DNA of 64,000 nt from Octopus sinensis (Eukaryota). Location of the stretch: contig NC_043014.1 in NCBI RefSeq assembly GCF_006345805.1, forward strand, positions 12,710,001-12,774,000. Direction: 5' to 3'. The translations under genes were made by a program, and so were the position numbers. This document shows positions 62,779 to 64,000 of this stretch, in pieces. A model generated the notes under the pieces. It worked only from the letters and a program-made list of their open reading frames with translations. It was not told where the DNA came from and ran no database searches. The stretch's first letter is position 1. Every line of letters starts with the position of its first letter.

Positions 62779-63029
62779 CTTGTTGCATCATAATCCTAAT
62801 TAATTAAAGCTATCAGTGCTTGTCATATTGAATGCGTTATCTTACTGTTTATCACTCGGACACTACCACGAAGGGTTATAGTCAAACAAATCCACTTCAG
62901 TACTCATGCTTTTCTGAGTGTGGTACTTATTTTACCAGTATCTTTTGTCAAACCATCAAAATATCAGGATGTAAATAAACCAACATGGTGGTAATTTGCA
63001 ATCCCTCAATCAAAATTTTTTAGCAGGAG

Positions 63030-63300
63030 CTCCAGAAAACACCACATGAATTTTCGTGATGTTTTCATTTGTTCGGGAGGTTGACGGTTACCCTGAACAT
63101 GGATGGTCTTCAAGTGATAAGTGACCATTCCTAAAGCAGGAAAACCACTTGCAAACTTGTGCTTTGCTCATGACAGCATCCTTGTAAGCTGATTGAAGAA
63201 TGACAACTGTTTTTGCCACTGTTTTCTCCAGCAGAAAACAGAATTTTACAGAAGCACACTGTTCCTTCCTTTCAGCCATCAGAAAAATCAATGAACAGGG
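63030..63300 (-). mobile_element. mariner transposase N-terminal (HTH) remnant
   Basis: MAERKEQCASVKFCFLLEKTVAKTVVILQSAYKDAVMSKAQVCKWFSCFRNGHLSLEDHPCSG. Confidence 0.85.
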
Positions 63301-64000
63301 GGGGGAGCACAGCAAAACAAAGGCGCACCACATGGAAGTACGATATCACTTGATGCTGCTGGTTGGCAGACTGATGCCTGAGGATTGCATCAAGTGAGTT
63401 CTAGCAACCAAAGCCTGAACTACAATGGGCTTGTCCCAGAGAGAACATTTCCAGTTACTTTTGGGTACTGCCTCATATGTAAATATCTATGTGTTTGTCT
63501 TTGTGTCAGTACTTGTCCCCCATCACCCCTTGATAACTAGTGTTGGTGTGTTTACATCCCCTTAACTTCTTGGTTCCATAGAATAAGTACTAGGCTTTAA
63601 AAAAATAAATACTGGGATCAATAGAATAACTAAAAATTCAAGGCAGTGTTCTAGCATGGCCACAGTCTACTGACTGAAACAAATAAAAGATAAAACATGT
63701 GTGTGTGTGTGTGTCTTTGTTTGACCCCCCCCCCCACTGCTTGTCAGCCCATGTTGATGTGTTTACTGATAGAATAAGTATTTGTCTTTAAAAATAAAGT
63801 CCTAGGGTTGATTGTTCAATTAAAACCCTTTGAGACAGTACCCCAGCATGGCCACAGTCAACTGAGTGAAACAAGTAAAAAGAAAAAGAAAAAGAATATG
63901 TAGGTACAGCAGTGGCTGTATGGCAAGAAGCTTGCTTCCCAACCACATGGTTCCAGGTTCAGTCCCACTGTGTGGTACCTTGGGCAAGTGACTTCTGCTA

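Overview
Eukaryotic, AT-rich, repeat-dense genomic DNA with a 100-N scaffold gap at 10697-10796. The repeat families and microsatellite load suggest an octopod cephalopod (inference). There are two protein-coding loci, both on the + strand. (1) The 3' part of an unidentified Ser/Asp/Asn/Tyr-rich coding exon (1-2470) is broken by three 1-nt homopolymer frameshifts. (2) A USF3/KIAA2018-like bHLH-zipper transcription factor has coding exons at 18062-18186, 22116-22212, 28193-28276 and a 6.8-kb terminal exon at 31059-37840. Its basic region and helix 1 lie in different frames in this assembly, and candidate promoter/first exons lie near 9.4-10.0 kb. The remainder is transposon-derived: several tRNA-derived SINE families (one forms head-to-tail multimers), a 5'-truncated RTE LINE carrying a PHD-type finger plus many RTE 3' tails, CR1-like and other LINE ends, Penelope-like remnants, mariner/Tc1/pogo remnants, and three piggyBac-type TTAA MITE families. 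The most unusual signals are a U6 snRNA 3' end fused directly to an RTE 3' end (8200-8628) and several type I hammerhead ribozyme motifs in Penelope-like terminal repeats (an inverted pair at 5291-5481, a divergently oriented pair at 51167-51915). Two local inverted duplications and a 2-kb purine-pyrimidine alternating array are also present. All family assignments come from remembered motifs; no database search was run.
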